Counted from the first letter of the stretch, positions 26,056 through 38,465 are shown. The stretch is DNA of 64,000 bases from Tubiluchus corallicola (GCA_030141605.1 JAQGDQ010000411.1:124001-188000); one strand, 5' to 3'. Program-made: numbers and translations. The notes: generated by a model not told the origin, from the sequence alone.

Positions 26056-26172
26056 GGTTCGGCGGATTCGAATTACAGCCAACCGTCGTCTGATTTATCA
26101 CTGGATGAAGAGAGGGAAGCACTCCGACGGGAGTCAGAGAAGCAGGCGTTGTCGCAGTTGCAGAAAGCTAGG
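26056..26172 (+). CDS. CACNB: Cav-beta exon (GSADSNYSQPSSDLSLDEEREALRRESEKQALSQLQKAR)
   Basis: TACAG acceptor, GTGAGT donor, phase 0-0; matches the conserved GSADS...SLEEDREALR N-terminal helix of Cav-beta subunits. Confidence 0.95.
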
Positions 26173-26334
26173 GTGAGTGGCATGAAAACACCGTGAGCAG
26201 GCTCCATTTTGAAGGAGGCCCATCTACTAGAGTTACTAGAGTTAACACCGTTAGGCTTTTTAACCAACCGTTTAACCGTTCCCGATGACGTCATACATAC
26301 ATATAAGGAAATATCGAACTACACGTGACTTACT

Positions 26335-26895
26335 TTCTTCTTCTTCAAAATCTCATTCCATTTGTTGCAGGCATTGAGCTAACAACATTTATCCTCCCTC
26401 TTCTATCTACCCACCGCCAATCTGCAACTAACGGCGTAAGTTCTTCTACTCCTAAAGATAGATTTGGTTGAAGTTGCTCAACATCTTTATTTATCTTAGA
26501 TATTCAAATATATCTAAGATAAATATATATATATATATCAAATATATATATATCAATGTATATCCAATATGTATATTGATCAAGAATCTGCAGACGATAT
26601 TAGATGGATTAGTGTATCAAATTTTCAAACTAACACAATAAAAATGGATTTTCCCAAAAACTAGGTTAAACGAATCTTCAAGTAAACCAGTCAAAAACAG
26701 AAGAACATATTATTGCAAGAGATGGTAATCAGTCGTGGAAAAAGTGCAAGTACAGGGGCACTTTTCTAAGCACCGAAGATTAAAAGCAGAAAGCAACAAG
26801 CAATGCATGCTTTTCTTTCACACAGGAATGTATTAACTAGCAAGAAATTAAATCTTAACGTAAGACCTCGAATATTTAATGCTTACCTTACCTCG
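26335..26895. mobile_element. Rearranged RTE-like LINE copy (3' piece minus strand, upstream piece plus strand)
   Basis: 26335-26508 matches 6045-6205 in the same orientation; 26775-26892 is the reverse complement of ~6500-6620; (TA)n junction. Confidence 0.75.
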
Positions 26896-27449
26896 TAATA
26901 TACGTGAGTTCAAAACTTTTTGCGATTTACCATTTAGATGCTTCTCGAGCAACCAGATTAACTGAAACAATGTTGTAAATAGTACAATTTTACGTAAGCG
27001 AGATGTTACTAACTGTGTACACCAACTCAGAAAAGATACGAGGTTTCATTTATACGTATACGTAGAAAACTTGACTAAGTAGCGGTTAAACGGTTAGTGG
27101 TTTTTAAACGGTTACACTATTTAGAAAAATGTTCCGAAAATTATACTACAATAACATAAGAAGCAAGAACTCTGAAAGTTGAAATTTCGCAGCATGGTAA
27201 TTATTACGACTACATTAATGACTGGCTGTGATACGTTGTAGTTCCACTGGTTTCTACTGGCTGAAAAACTTTTGCATGTTAGAAAATTAAATGATGGAAC
27301 AATGGCTACTATAATCATAAACAGAAAAACAGCCATGTTTACGTATAAAGCACTAAAGATATGACAGCAAAACGGTAAAGTAACCAACCCGCTTACAACA
27401 TTGTCATCACCAGAGAAAATGAATAACTGATAACGATTTGTTGCCAAGA

Positions 27450-27790
27450 TGAAATGGATCTTAATCTTCTAGATTTTGGAAATCTCTTTAAGGAAAAGTC
27501 TACAATGGCCACACAGAGACGTTTAAATGCAGAGGAACTAAAGACAAAAATTTTTGAGTTTTGAAACGAAATGCCCCTTAAACAAGTGAGAAACTGTGTC
27601 AGTTATTAGAAGAAATGTCTTCCTCTAGTTTGCAGTGAAAATGGTGAACAACCAGAGTACTTACTCTTAATTTTAACAATTATACGTAATATTTTCCGAC
27701 ATTTCTTTTTGGTCAAAAGTTTACACATAGACGACATATTCTTTACACATAGACGTCTCAAACATTTTAGGTGGCCGTTTTGCAAGGAAT
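27450..27790 (+). mobile_element. Degraded Tc1/mariner transposase C-terminal fragment
   Basis: DLNLLDF...KEKVY...EELK resembles the SPDLNP.D/E motif region; frameshifted. Confidence 0.45.
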
Positions 27791-28504
27791 TTCAATTGAA
27801 GTTTTAGCACAGTATCACAGGAATAGCATAAGTGTCTGCTCGTTTCAAAATAAGTGGTATAATTACTATTAACCATTTTTGTGCTCATCAGCGTTTCTTC
27901 TAAACGAGAAATTGTAACTGAGTGTTTTGTTCTCAATCTGATAACTTTGTGTGTTTATTTGAAAATAGCATAAAACCCGTCTGTAACTCTGTAAAATAAA
28001 CAAACAGGAAGCCCTTTCACAGTACCAGCTATTGATGGTGATCGCAAAAAGGTCAAAGGTCGAGTGCACCAGACAACCCGTTTGTGCACACTTGACAAGC
28101 CCATATCGTTGCAATAGTAACAGCTTTAACGTCTAACTAGAACCTTACCTAGTTTATTTTTTCTTGTTTTCAAGCAAGATGCTGCTACTAAATCACAGAT
28201 TAATACATAATTAAGTAAAGTAAAGTCTTTGTAAAACAATAGAAGTTACTGAACTGGTGTGGCAGACAGCTTTGCTTTACACACATGTAACGTGTCGATT
28301 GCATTTAAGATGCATTGTTGTGATCCACTTAACCTTTGATCTACAGCAAATGCCTTAACGTGCCCAATGAAACTGTGAAAAGGCTTATTTAGATGTACTA
28401 ATGATTTTGTCTTGTCTAGTAAGTTCTGTAACGACTGTAAGTTAGTAATAATTGAATGTTTTCTATGTTATCTGGTCTGAAATCTTGGAGTTCAATTATT
28501 TCAG

Positions 28505-28627
28505 TTCAAACCAGTGGCGTTTGCTGTTAGGACCAATGTAAGTTATGACGGGTCAACTTGTGATGACTCACCGGTGCACGGGTACGCCATCTCATTTGGG
28601 GTGCGAGATTTTCTCCATATTAAAGAG
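28505..28627 (+). CDS. CACNB: Cav-beta exon, SH3 ([16 protein letters not shown]...DFLHIKE)
   Basis: TTTCAG acceptor, GTGAGT donor, phase 0-0; signature [11 protein letters not shown]. Confidence 0.97.
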
Positions 28628-28799
28628 GTGAGTTCACATGAAAAGCAGTCATGTTGTAAAAATATGGAGCATGTGGTTTGTTGAGGTTAGAATTCATTGC
28701 AGGCAGAAGTACAAGGTTATAATGTTTACTGGCAAAAACTTTAAAAATTAAACGTTTCAGTCACGTACAAACCTTGTACAGATTTTTAATGCAAAGCAG

Positions 28800-29395
28800 A
28801 CACGAGTTATGTACAAACTTTGTACAGGCACACTTTGTATTATCTTGATTCTGTGAAGGTGGTTTTAATAGGGACACAAGTTATGTACAAGCTTTGTACA
28901 GGCACCAGGCACACTTTGTATTATCTTGATCATGTGAAGGTGGTTTTAATAGGGACACAAGCTATGTACAAACTTTGTACAGGCACCAGGCACACTTTGT
29001 ATTATCTTGATCATGTGAAGATAGTTTTAATAGGGACACAAGTTATGTACAAACTTTGTACAGGCACACATTGCATTATTGCTATTCTGTGAAGATAGTT
29101 TTAATAAGGACACAAGTTATGTACAAACTTTGTACAGGTACCAGGCACACTTTGTATTATCTTGATCACGTGAAGATGGCTTTAATAAGGACACAAGTTA
29201 TGTACAAACTTTGTACAGGTACCAGGCACGCTTTGTATTATCTTGATCACGTGAAGATGGCTTTAATAAGGACACAAGTTATATACAAACTTTGTACAGG
29301 TACCAGGCACACTTTGTATTATCTTGATCATGTGAAGATGGTTTTAATAGGGACACAAGTTATGTACAAACTTTGTACTGGCACACATTGCATTA
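28800..29395. repeat. 81-bp intronic tandem repeat, ~7 copies
   Basis: GGGACACAAG recurs at 28871 and 28952. Confidence 0.9.
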
Positions 29396-30662
29396 TTATG
29401 ATCTGTAAACAGTTTTTACCATGCAGTAAACTTACTGCTAAACCTGTGTTGAGCCGTACTAATAATAATAAAACACGTGACTATTCCAGCAATTCGGTTT
29501 ACTTCACTATCCATACGTCATTATAATTATGGCGCATTAATGCCAATGATTATTACAGCATCAACACATTAGGGATTTGTGTTGAAATAAAATGTAACAA
29601 CATGCAGTAATAATTGGAAAAGTAAAATTGCTCATATAATAGAGTTATACTTTAGGAGAAAATGTGTCATTACAATGATGTCATTCCATCCTGAGATGTC
29701 TAGTTTTATGTACAGTATGTGCCACAATCAGTATGAGAAACGAAGTTAGTATCGAACCCGTGTGGTTTAAATGAAGCACACGTACGTGACCACTCGGCTG
29801 TGTGTACCGCCTATAGCAGTAGCTAATAGTATTATTATGCATACATCCGTGTGACGCCATCAAATGAATCAGAATTCAACTTTCCTCCATTGTTCTGCCT
29901 AAAATGATCGTTTAGTTTATGACATTTGGAAAGAGAAAAATAGAGCATGATTATATGATTATTTATCTTATGTATTCACTAGTGATTTACGTGCTGATGA
30001 GGTTATGAAAGCGCTGTTAAAAGATCTTTATGTGAAAGCAAATACTATATTAGTTAAGTTCTCTAAATGTTGTGTAAACACGAAAATATGTACAAATGTT
30101 CAAATTGTATGGGTGTCAACTTTACGCATGCGCACTATGGTGCAAGTTTTTCCCATGCAAGATAACTCACAATAACGCATTTCGTAGGCGCCTTAAAGAA
30201 GATGCAGCATAAGTGAAAATTTTTTGTAAATTTTGATATTCCTATCTATGATGTTATTACACGAAAGATAACAGCTCCTTTATATATGGGCTAGCAGAAA
30301 TACCTAATGATATAATTGATAAATTGTATGTTTACTCTGCGAATCATAATACAGTTATTTGGATGAACTGATACAAACAATGTTTTGAACTGATACAATC
30401 AACCGTTTTTATCATTTTAAAGGTGACTTTTATTGGGTTTATGCCTCTGTGTTTTATATTTTTTAATGATTTGTCTTAATGTTTTATATCTGGATGTGTA
30501 TGTGCATATGTAAATGTTTTATCAGTTTTTATTGTAATTTTATAGTATAGCTGAATATTTTTTAACTTTTTATAATTTTTTGTAATGCTGTGTACTTTTA
30601 AATGTATGAAATAAATGTAAAATGATTAAAATAAAAATAAAAGATATCTGGTGTGTTTGCAG

Positions 30663-30796
30663 AAATACAACAATGACTGGTGGATTGGTAGGTTAGTGAA
30701 AGAAGGCTGTGATGTCGGCTTCATACCGAGTCCGGTTAAACTGGAAAACCTTCGGTTGCATCATTCTCAACCGAAAGGTGGCAAAATTTACTCAAC
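30663..30796 (+). CDS. CACNB: Cav-beta exon, SH3 to HOOK ([44 protein letters not shown])
   Basis: TTGCAG acceptor, GTAAGT donor, phase 0-2; signature [15 protein letters not shown]. Confidence 0.97.
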
Positions 30797-32038
30797 GTAA
30801 GTACCTTGTGCAATGTTCACCTAACCTTCGGTTGCATCATTCTCAACCAAAAGGTGGCAAAATTTACTCAACGTAAGTACCTTGTGCAATGTTCACCTAA
30901 CCTTCGGTTGCATCATTCTCAACCGAAAGGCAGCAAAATTTACTCAACTTAAGTACTGTGTGCAATGTTCACCTAACCTTCGGTTGCATCATTCTCAACC
31001 GAAAGGCAGCAAAATTTACTCAACTTAAGTACCGTGTGCAATGTTCTCCTAACCTTCGGTTGCATCATTCTCAACCGAAAGGCAGCAAAATTTACTCAAC
31101 TTAAGTACCGTGTGCAATGTTCACCTAACCTTCGGTTGCATCATTCTCAACCGAAAGGCAGCAAAATTTACTCAACATAAGTACCGTGTGCAATGTTCAC
31201 CTAACCTTCGGTTGCATCATTCTCAACCAAAAGGCAGCAAAATTTACTCAACGTAAGCATCATGTGCAATGTTCACCTAACCTTCGGTTGCATCAATCTC
31301 AACCAAAAGGCAGCAAAATTTACTCAGCGTAAGTACCGTGTACAATGTTCACCTAACCTTCGGTTGCATCATTCTCAACCGAAAGGTGGCAAAATTTACT
31401 CAACGTAAGTACCTTGTGCAATGTTCACCTAACCTTCGGTTGCATCATTCTCAACCGAAAGGCAGCAAAATTTACTCAACTTAAGTACTGTGTGCAATGT
31501 TCACCTAACCTTCGGTTGCATCATTCTCAACCGAAAGGCAGCAAAATTTACTCAACTTAAGTACCGTGTGCAATGTTCTCCTAACCTTCGGTTGCATCAT
31601 TCTCAACCGAAAGGCAGCAAAATTTACTCAACTTAAGTACCGTGTGCAATGTTCACCTAACCTTCGGTTGCATCATTCTCAACCGAAAGGCAGCAAAATT
31701 TACTCAACATAAGTACCGTGTGCAATGTTCACCTAACCTTCGGTTGCATCATTCTCAACCAAAAGGCAGCAAAATTTACTCAATGTAAGCATCATGTGCA
31801 ATGTTCACCTAACCTTCGGTTGCATCAATCTCAACCAAAAGGCAGCAAAATTTACTCAGCGTAAGTACCGTGTACAATGTTCACCTAACCTTCGGTTGCG
31901 TCATTCTCAACCGAAATGCAGCAAAATTTACTCAGCGTAAGTACCGTGTACAATGTTCACCTAACCTTCGGTTGCATCATTCTCAACCGAAAGGCAGCAA
32001 AATTTACTCAACGTAAGTACCATGTGCAGTGTTCACCT
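30747..32038 (+). repeat. 76-bp tandem array (17 copies) made of the last 50 nt of the exon plus the first 26 nt of the intron
   Basis: Unit AACCTTCGGTTGCATCATTCTCAACCGAAAGG(T/C)(G/A)GCAAAATTTACTCAAC|GTAAGTACC.TGTGCAATGTTCACCT; copies 2-8 recur as 9-15. Confidence 0.97.
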
Positions 32039-33640
32039 ATTTTTTGTTTTTAAGTTAAACTAAACCCTCACTATAGTATAAGTTTTTACAGCTTAAAATC
32101 CAACTCTCATTACGAATATTCAATTTATTATAATTTTACTGCAAACTTGTTTCTTTTGATTCTTTATCACTTCGTTGTTAGCGATTTTAAATATGAAGAA
32201 TCACCATTTTCGTTGCGCGACACGAATTACGTAACGAGTACAGTCATGAGGTCACAAAAGATCGGTAAACAAACATCGGTAACTAAAGACGGTTTCTGTA
32301 CCTCTTACGTCATTCTCGCTCACTCACGGCAAAGATGTGAAACATGGCGTCTTTACGGCAATGCACGCGTTCGAAATTTGCCGGAAAGAGGTAAATTATT
32401 TAATTTAAAAGTCGCTTATGTTCAATAATAACTATGAATTCTTTGTGTAATCATAATAATGTGTTAAAAAGCTTCTAGCTGTGTCTGCTGGTGTTACTTA
32501 GCGTTTAAAACTCACATGTGTTATGTTTTGTGCAAAAGCACGTTCTCGAAGGCACAAAAACTGCAATTCCATTTATAGTAAATTGAGAATGTGCTTTCGT
32601 GTGAAACACATCAGGTGCATATGAATTTGAAATTAAAACTAGTAAAACTTCTACCAGCTTCGCTACAATTAAACAGTCAAACCTCCTTATAACGCCCCCT
32701 TCTGTTTCAATGCCAACTTCACTTAATGCCCAAATTTTTGGCAAAACAACATATCTGTGTTTGGGGTAGGATAGACCTGCATGTAGTAATGCTGTTTATT
32801 ATAATGCCAAAGTTGTTTAAAGCAAAACAGGATGATTTTTCATATCCTACGCTATTTTGAAGTATAGAAAATGTATTTTAACACGTAAAGAGCCAAAGCG
32901 TTTCTGATAATTAAATAATAGGTTTAGAACTTAATTAACGGCGGGCAAGTCCAGCTAGCGATAACGTCACAAATGTACAAAATTATCAACAGCAGAACCA
33001 TACGTGAGCGTGTTGAACGTGTTTGCGGAAGCGAAAATTAAAGTACAGTGCTACTGTATAACATTAGTTGTACTATAGAAAAACACGGCAAATTTTAAGA
33101 TAACAATTCATATTCACAATTGCTGTGCCATGCATGAGCACTTGAACGTGTGTATTACGTCACAAACGAACAACGCTGAAGTGAGAAGTGCAACACCTTT
33201 TTTCTACAATGCGTTCCTGAAATGGCTCTAGTGCCCGTCCAGCCAGCGAATGGCAAAATTCTTGTAACAGGGAAGAACTAGTGGCGCGAACGAGAAATTG
33301 TGTTTGTCTGAAAATAATTGTTTCACGTAAGTCATTTTTGAAGAAATAGTATGTTTCCTTTTAATATTTTAACGTGCAAATTGTGTTGAGCTACAGTTTA
33401 AGATTTGGGGGGGGGGGATAAAGAGGTTTGATTGTATATTCTGAAGCCTGGGGTTTTTGACTTCAACATTCTTAAGTGATTTGATTGCAACATCCCAAAG
33501 GACCTCGTCCAGTCATCGTACGAGTGTTTCTGAGTCAGACACGGTCATTACCTTCTCCTAAGCTACAGTGTATTATCAAATTACTTGGGAAGCTCTTAAG
33601 CAAATCAAATTAAACATTGTGCCTGTTGTTCTTCTTCCAG

Positions 33641-33738
33641 AAAAGCCAATTCGTCTTCAAACTTAGGTGGATTAGCCAATGATATATTATCCAACTCAAA
33701 GTCTCCTAGTTCGAGAGGATCAACACCGCCCACACCAG
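33641..33738 (+). CDS. CACNB: Cav-beta exon, HOOK (KANSSSNLGGLANDILSNSKSPSSRGSTPPTP)
   Basis: CTTCCAG acceptor, GTAATT donor, phase 2-1; NSSS.LG and STPP typical of the HOOK. Confidence 0.92.
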
Positions 33739-33904
33739 GTAATTTACGTGTGAACGTGTGTTTTTTTTTATTTTTATTATTTGTAAAGAAAGGTAATTAT
33801 TTGCTGACAGTGAAAAATTACCTGCATACATGTTTTATCTGCACATGGAAGTAGTATGATTTTATATTTGCATTAATATTTACACCCAGTGGCGCCTGTG
33901 ACAG

Positions 33905-34405
33905 GCTGAGTGAATAAATGGGAGGGTGAACGGAATGAGTGAGTGAATGGATGGGTGAGTGAATGGAATGGGTGAGTGAACGGATGGGTGAGTGAATGGA
34001 ATGGGTGAGTGAACGGATGGGTGAGTGAACGGAATGGGTGAGTGAACGGATGGGGGTGAACAGAATGCGTGAGTGAACGAATGGGTGAGTGAATGGAATG
34101 GGTGAGTGAACGGACAGGTGGGTGAATGGAATGGGTGAGTGAACGGATTGGTGAGTGAACGGACAGGTGGGTGAATGGAATGGGTGAGTGAACGGATTGG
34201 TGAGTGAACGGATGGGGGTGAACAGAATGCGTGAGTGAACGAATGGGTGAGTGAATGGAATGGGTGAGTGAACGGACAGGTGGGTGAATGGAATGGGTGA
34301 GTGAACGGATTGGTGAGTGAACGGACAGGTGGGTGAATGGAATGGGTGAGTGAACGGATTGGTGAGTGAACGGAATGGGTGAGTGAACGGATGGGTGAGT
34401 GAACG
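33905..34405. repeat. Purine-rich minisatellite of GGGTGAGTGAAYGGA units
   Basis: About 20 GGTGAGT motifs; explains the HSP-rich minus ORF 33880-34440. Confidence 0.92.
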
Positions 34406-34579
34406 AATAGGTTTCCTCTAACGGAATAATGCAGTATCATTATATAATGTTGTTAGTACGATATATATATATATACTCGAGAAGCTCCAGACTGGCATTG
34501 TTCTCGACAATTTGGGTGCACAGAAGCCAAGTCACTGTTACTGCATCGCCACCATTTCACGGCTTCTGTAATTTTATAG

Positions 34580-34726
34580 CAAAGCCATTTGTTGCCCCGA
34601 AACAATTTCCTGCAAATCCGTTTCGAAAGAACAAGGATAAAGCTGCCCTCCACCAGAAGTGGAGGCAGTGGGAGTATCAGCTTCAGCAACAGTCGTCAGT
34701 AGAAGATGAGGAGGATGAATCTTCAG
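34580..34726 (+). CDS. CACNB: Probable alternative HOOK cassette exon (AKPFVAPKQFPANPFRKNKDKAALHQKWRQWEYQLQQQSSVEDEEDESS)
   Basis: TTTTATAG acceptor, CAG|GTGACA donor, 147 nt, symmetric phase 1-1, open in the frame required by flanking exons, exon-like composition. Confidence 0.65.
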
Positions 34727-35569
34727 GTGACACAGCATGATTGTGGCTAACCCTATCAGCTCTGATCATGTTTTCATGCTGGTCATGCGTAAATAAAACT
34801 CTTCTGTGGTGCTCTAACTGCTGCTGCTCTTACTAACAATCTGTCTTTCCATTTCTTTGTGTTTGTAATTACACATCTAATTCATTGTAAGAATCTTTCG
34901 TACAAGATGGGAAAACGAATTAATCTTTAAATTCTCTTCTGATTAAACGAAAACTGGACGATTGATTAGTGTTAAACTCATTTTAATTTACTGTCCAAAA
35001 TATACATTTGTTTATAAAAGTTTGCTGTTGAATAATTAATTCAGAAACTAATTGATGGCAATTGAACACAAGTTTCGCTTACATCACAAACTAACCACAG
35101 TTTGTGTGATGGTAGGCATTTTCATCAATCATAAGGAAAGATTGCATTGAGATGCTGATGTGATGTCACGAAAATTAGCTCTACGTGACACTGACATCAC
35201 AGAAGAACACTGCAGTTCATCATCATGCTTATCACGGTACCGCGCCTATTTGTCGGCCACACAGATGTGACAAAAAGATGTCCTCATAGCAAGTTTAACA
35301 AAATTTAACTATCTTGGGTAATCTAAGCCTTGATTTATAAAAGTTGTAGTTTTAAATATTTTGAACCATATTTAATTTTGAACTAATGTCTACACAACCG
35401 TCTGGTTTTCCTTTAACTGTTGCTGTTTGCTTATGTAAACATCTTAAGTAGGACATTGTATGTTGTAAATTTGCTGAGTGAAGATATAATACATTGTATA
35501 ATGTGTATTTTAACTTTTGCTTATAAAAATTTTGTTAAATGACAACATGGTGCATAAGATGTTTTAACA

Positions 35570-36120
35570 TTTTAACATTTACTTGTGTAAGTCTGTTAAG
35601 TGAGAACATAGCACATTAGATGTTTTAACATTTGCTTGTGTAAGTCTGTTAAGTAAAACATAGCACATTAGATGTTTTAACATTTGCTCGTGTAAGTCTG
35701 TTAAGTGAAACATAGAACATTAGATGTTTTAACATTTGCTTGTGTAAGTCTGTTAAGTGAGAACATAACACATTAGATGTTTTAACATTTTTGCTTGTGT
35801 AAGTCTGTTAAGTGAGAACATAGCACATTAGCTGTTTTAACATTTGCTTGTGTAAGTCTGTTAAGCAAGAACATAGCACATTAGATGTTTTAACATTTGC
35901 TTGTGTAAGTCTGTTAAGTGAGAACATAGCACATTAGCTGTTTTAACATTTGCTTGTGTAAGTCTGTTAAGCAAGAACATAGCACATTAGATGTTTTAAC
36001 ATTTGCTTGTGTAAGTCTGTTAAGCAAGAACTTAGGACATTACATGTTTTGACATATAAATTATGTAAATTTGCTAGTAAGAACATGGTGCATTGTACTT
36101 TGGACATTTGCTTGTGTAAG
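35570..36120. repeat. 53-bp intronic tandem repeat, ~10 copies
   Basis: Unit CTTGTGTAAGTCTGTTAAGTGAGAACATAGCACATTAGATGTTTTAACATTTG. Confidence 0.9.
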
Positions 36121-36977
36121 CAGACTAAATCTCTAATGATGGTTGGCATTGCATTGTGGTGTTCATTAATTTTATTAAAAATCACGAATGTGCCGTCAAC
36201 ACTTTTGAATTTCTCAGGAAGTCCTACTAAAGTAAAATTTCAACAACAGCAAGAGGTGATAAGTTGAATTCAAAACACAAGTATAATGAAAATAGCAGTG
36301 TGAATTCAGTAACACACACTATGATGATATTAAAATTTGTGAAAAATTGTGTAATTTCGCAAATGAACCTAGCTATATAAATTTGCTTTAACTTTGCATG
36401 TTTTAACAACTGCTCATGACTTATGTGAATATGTGTGAACATAACACATTGTATGTTGTATGTTTTAACATTTTTTGCTTGTGTAACTCTTTAAGTGAAA
36501 CACTAATACATTGGAACTGCACGAATTTGGAGATGTATAATTAGTATTGCAATACCTCATCGAGTGGACTAACCTATTTTAGTGAATTTGGTACCTGTTA
36601 GTAACTAAGTTTGGCATAATGCTTGTTCTTAATCTGACATTGGATGCATAAAATTTAATGCACAGACTTTAGCATCTCTCTACTTTAAACTTTGCTTTTG
36701 ATGTTTATTCTAATTACTATGATTGTTTAATTGTAAATTTATGCATGTGATTTACTTAGAGAATCTTAATTATGCAATTAAACAAAACTGATCTATATTC
36801 TTCACTATTTATAGCAAGGCTAAACTGTGGACACGAGTGGTTAAACATGAAAAACTGATATAAACATGATTACAGTAAAAACAAATTTTAATGCAAAATA
36901 AGGAAACGGAAGAGGCTCTTTCTGATAACATGTTACCCCCTATGTTGTTGCTTCTCATTTTTTTAAATTTGTGTTAA

Positions 36978-37791
36978 CTCCTTCAGGACCGCACCATTCA
37001 AAGTAGGTCTTGTAAGACCTATGACTTTTCCACTACTGTATGAGCACAGACATAACTAAATGATTATAAATTAGGTACTGTTCTATTCAGGTGAATCTCG
37101 GCTATCCAATTATGCTGTTTGTTTAAACATTTATAAGTGATTTAAGTAGATATAATTAAGAAAAACACGCCCTTTTCAAGAACTCCAACTTAGCTTATCG
37201 AGTAGCTTAGTCTGGTGTACACTTGTGTGATCGTACACACTATTTTATTGATCGCCTGCTTGCTACAGTCCAGAGAACTGTCTGCTGTACAGCGTTCCAA
37301 GAAAACCAATCGATCAGCCAAGGAGAAATTAAGGTTGTTTCATCTCTTAATAGGAATTTCTGCATAAAAATAGAGTAGACTTGAGGTCAAAGTTTATCAG
37401 TGTGTTGTGTCTGGATAATTGAAATTTTCTGCATTAGCTGATTTGACTTTTAAGGATCATTTCCATAGTATGTGTCGCAAGAGGTGCAGACAAAACTGAA
37501 CACCAGAACACCTTTACACAAGCGATACTGTACATTGTTACAGTGCAAATGCTGCAGTTACTGAAAGCTTTTTCTCAATTAGTTCGTCAAAATCGATTTT
37601 TAATTTGTCTAAGGCAACCAAATGCACTTCATATATAATTTTGCATGAGAATCCATTATGTGAGGAGTAGAAACCTACAAACATTATCAAATATAATATA
37701 ATCGCTGCTTAGTGAGAGCAGTTTTTCACGAATCCATGCAAAATATACAAAATATAAAATGCAGCGAACGCTTACGGTCCTGATGGAGGAG
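36978..37791. mobile_element. piggyBac-type MITE
   Basis: TTAA|CTCCTTCAGGACCG...CGGTCCTGATGGAGGAG|TTAA. Confidence 0.7.
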
Positions 37792-37892
37792 TTAAAGCTT
37801 CTAAATGTGAAGTCTTAACTAGATGCCCCTCCAGTATTCTAGTATACCATAAAGTTTGTAAATAACTAAACAATGTTTTTTTCTGTTTCTAG

Positions 37893-38008
37893 ATCAGAAT
37901 GGTTTAGATGGGACACCAGGGGAAGATTCCGATAGTTTAGGAAACTCAAAGTCGCCTAAGGGGAACATCACTCCTGCTAAGGAGAAGAGGAAACCATTCT
38001 TCAAAAAG
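37893..38008 (+). CDS. CACNB: Cav-beta exon, HOOK end (DQNGLDGTPGEDSDSLGNSKSPKGNITPAKEKRKPFFKK)
   Basis: TTTCTAG acceptor, AAG|GTAC donor, phase 1-0; KEKR.PFFKK is the known long HOOK-variant motif. Confidence 0.93.
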
Positions 38009-38109
38009 GTACAAAACTTTGCAGCTCAGGTGTGGAGGGTGAAAAAATACCTGCATGATTGCATTCTGCAGTTAATTGCTGCTCACATGCCATACGAGTA
38101 GAACAATGC

Positions 38110-38265
38110 TCTGTCTCTTTCTTTCTCACTCCCTCCCACCCCCTCTCTTTATTTCTTTCTCTCTCTCCCTCTCTCCCCTTATCTCTCTCTCTTTCTTGCC
38201 TGATCTCTCCTCTCTCTCTCCCTCCCTCTCTCTCTCTCTCTATCTCCCTTTCCTTCTCTCTCTCG
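38110..38265. repeat. (CT)n low-complexity tract
   Basis: Direct reading. Confidence 0.9.
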
Positions 38266-38465
38266 CCTTGTCAGTCGTATAAATATCCTGTAATCTTTCT
38301 TAACTTGTTCTTAATCTTTCTGTAAATGTCAAATGTGCACTGGCTTTCGTTAGTTACAAATAATTTTAGTAGATGGCAGCATTACTGTTAAGTGTTAACA
38401 CTGATGGAATTACATCTACTAAAAATTTTACCAGTACGAATTGTTAATCAGCTAATTCTTTTCAG

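Noticed and set aside
30823-32038. Dscam-like mutually exclusive full exon duplicates
   Set aside because: Copies lack the exon's 5' part and its acceptor; only the 15-nt microexon reading is possible.
33880-34440. 186-aa His/Pro-rich minus-strand ORF
   Set aside because: Antisense translation of the GGGTGAGTGAA minisatellite.
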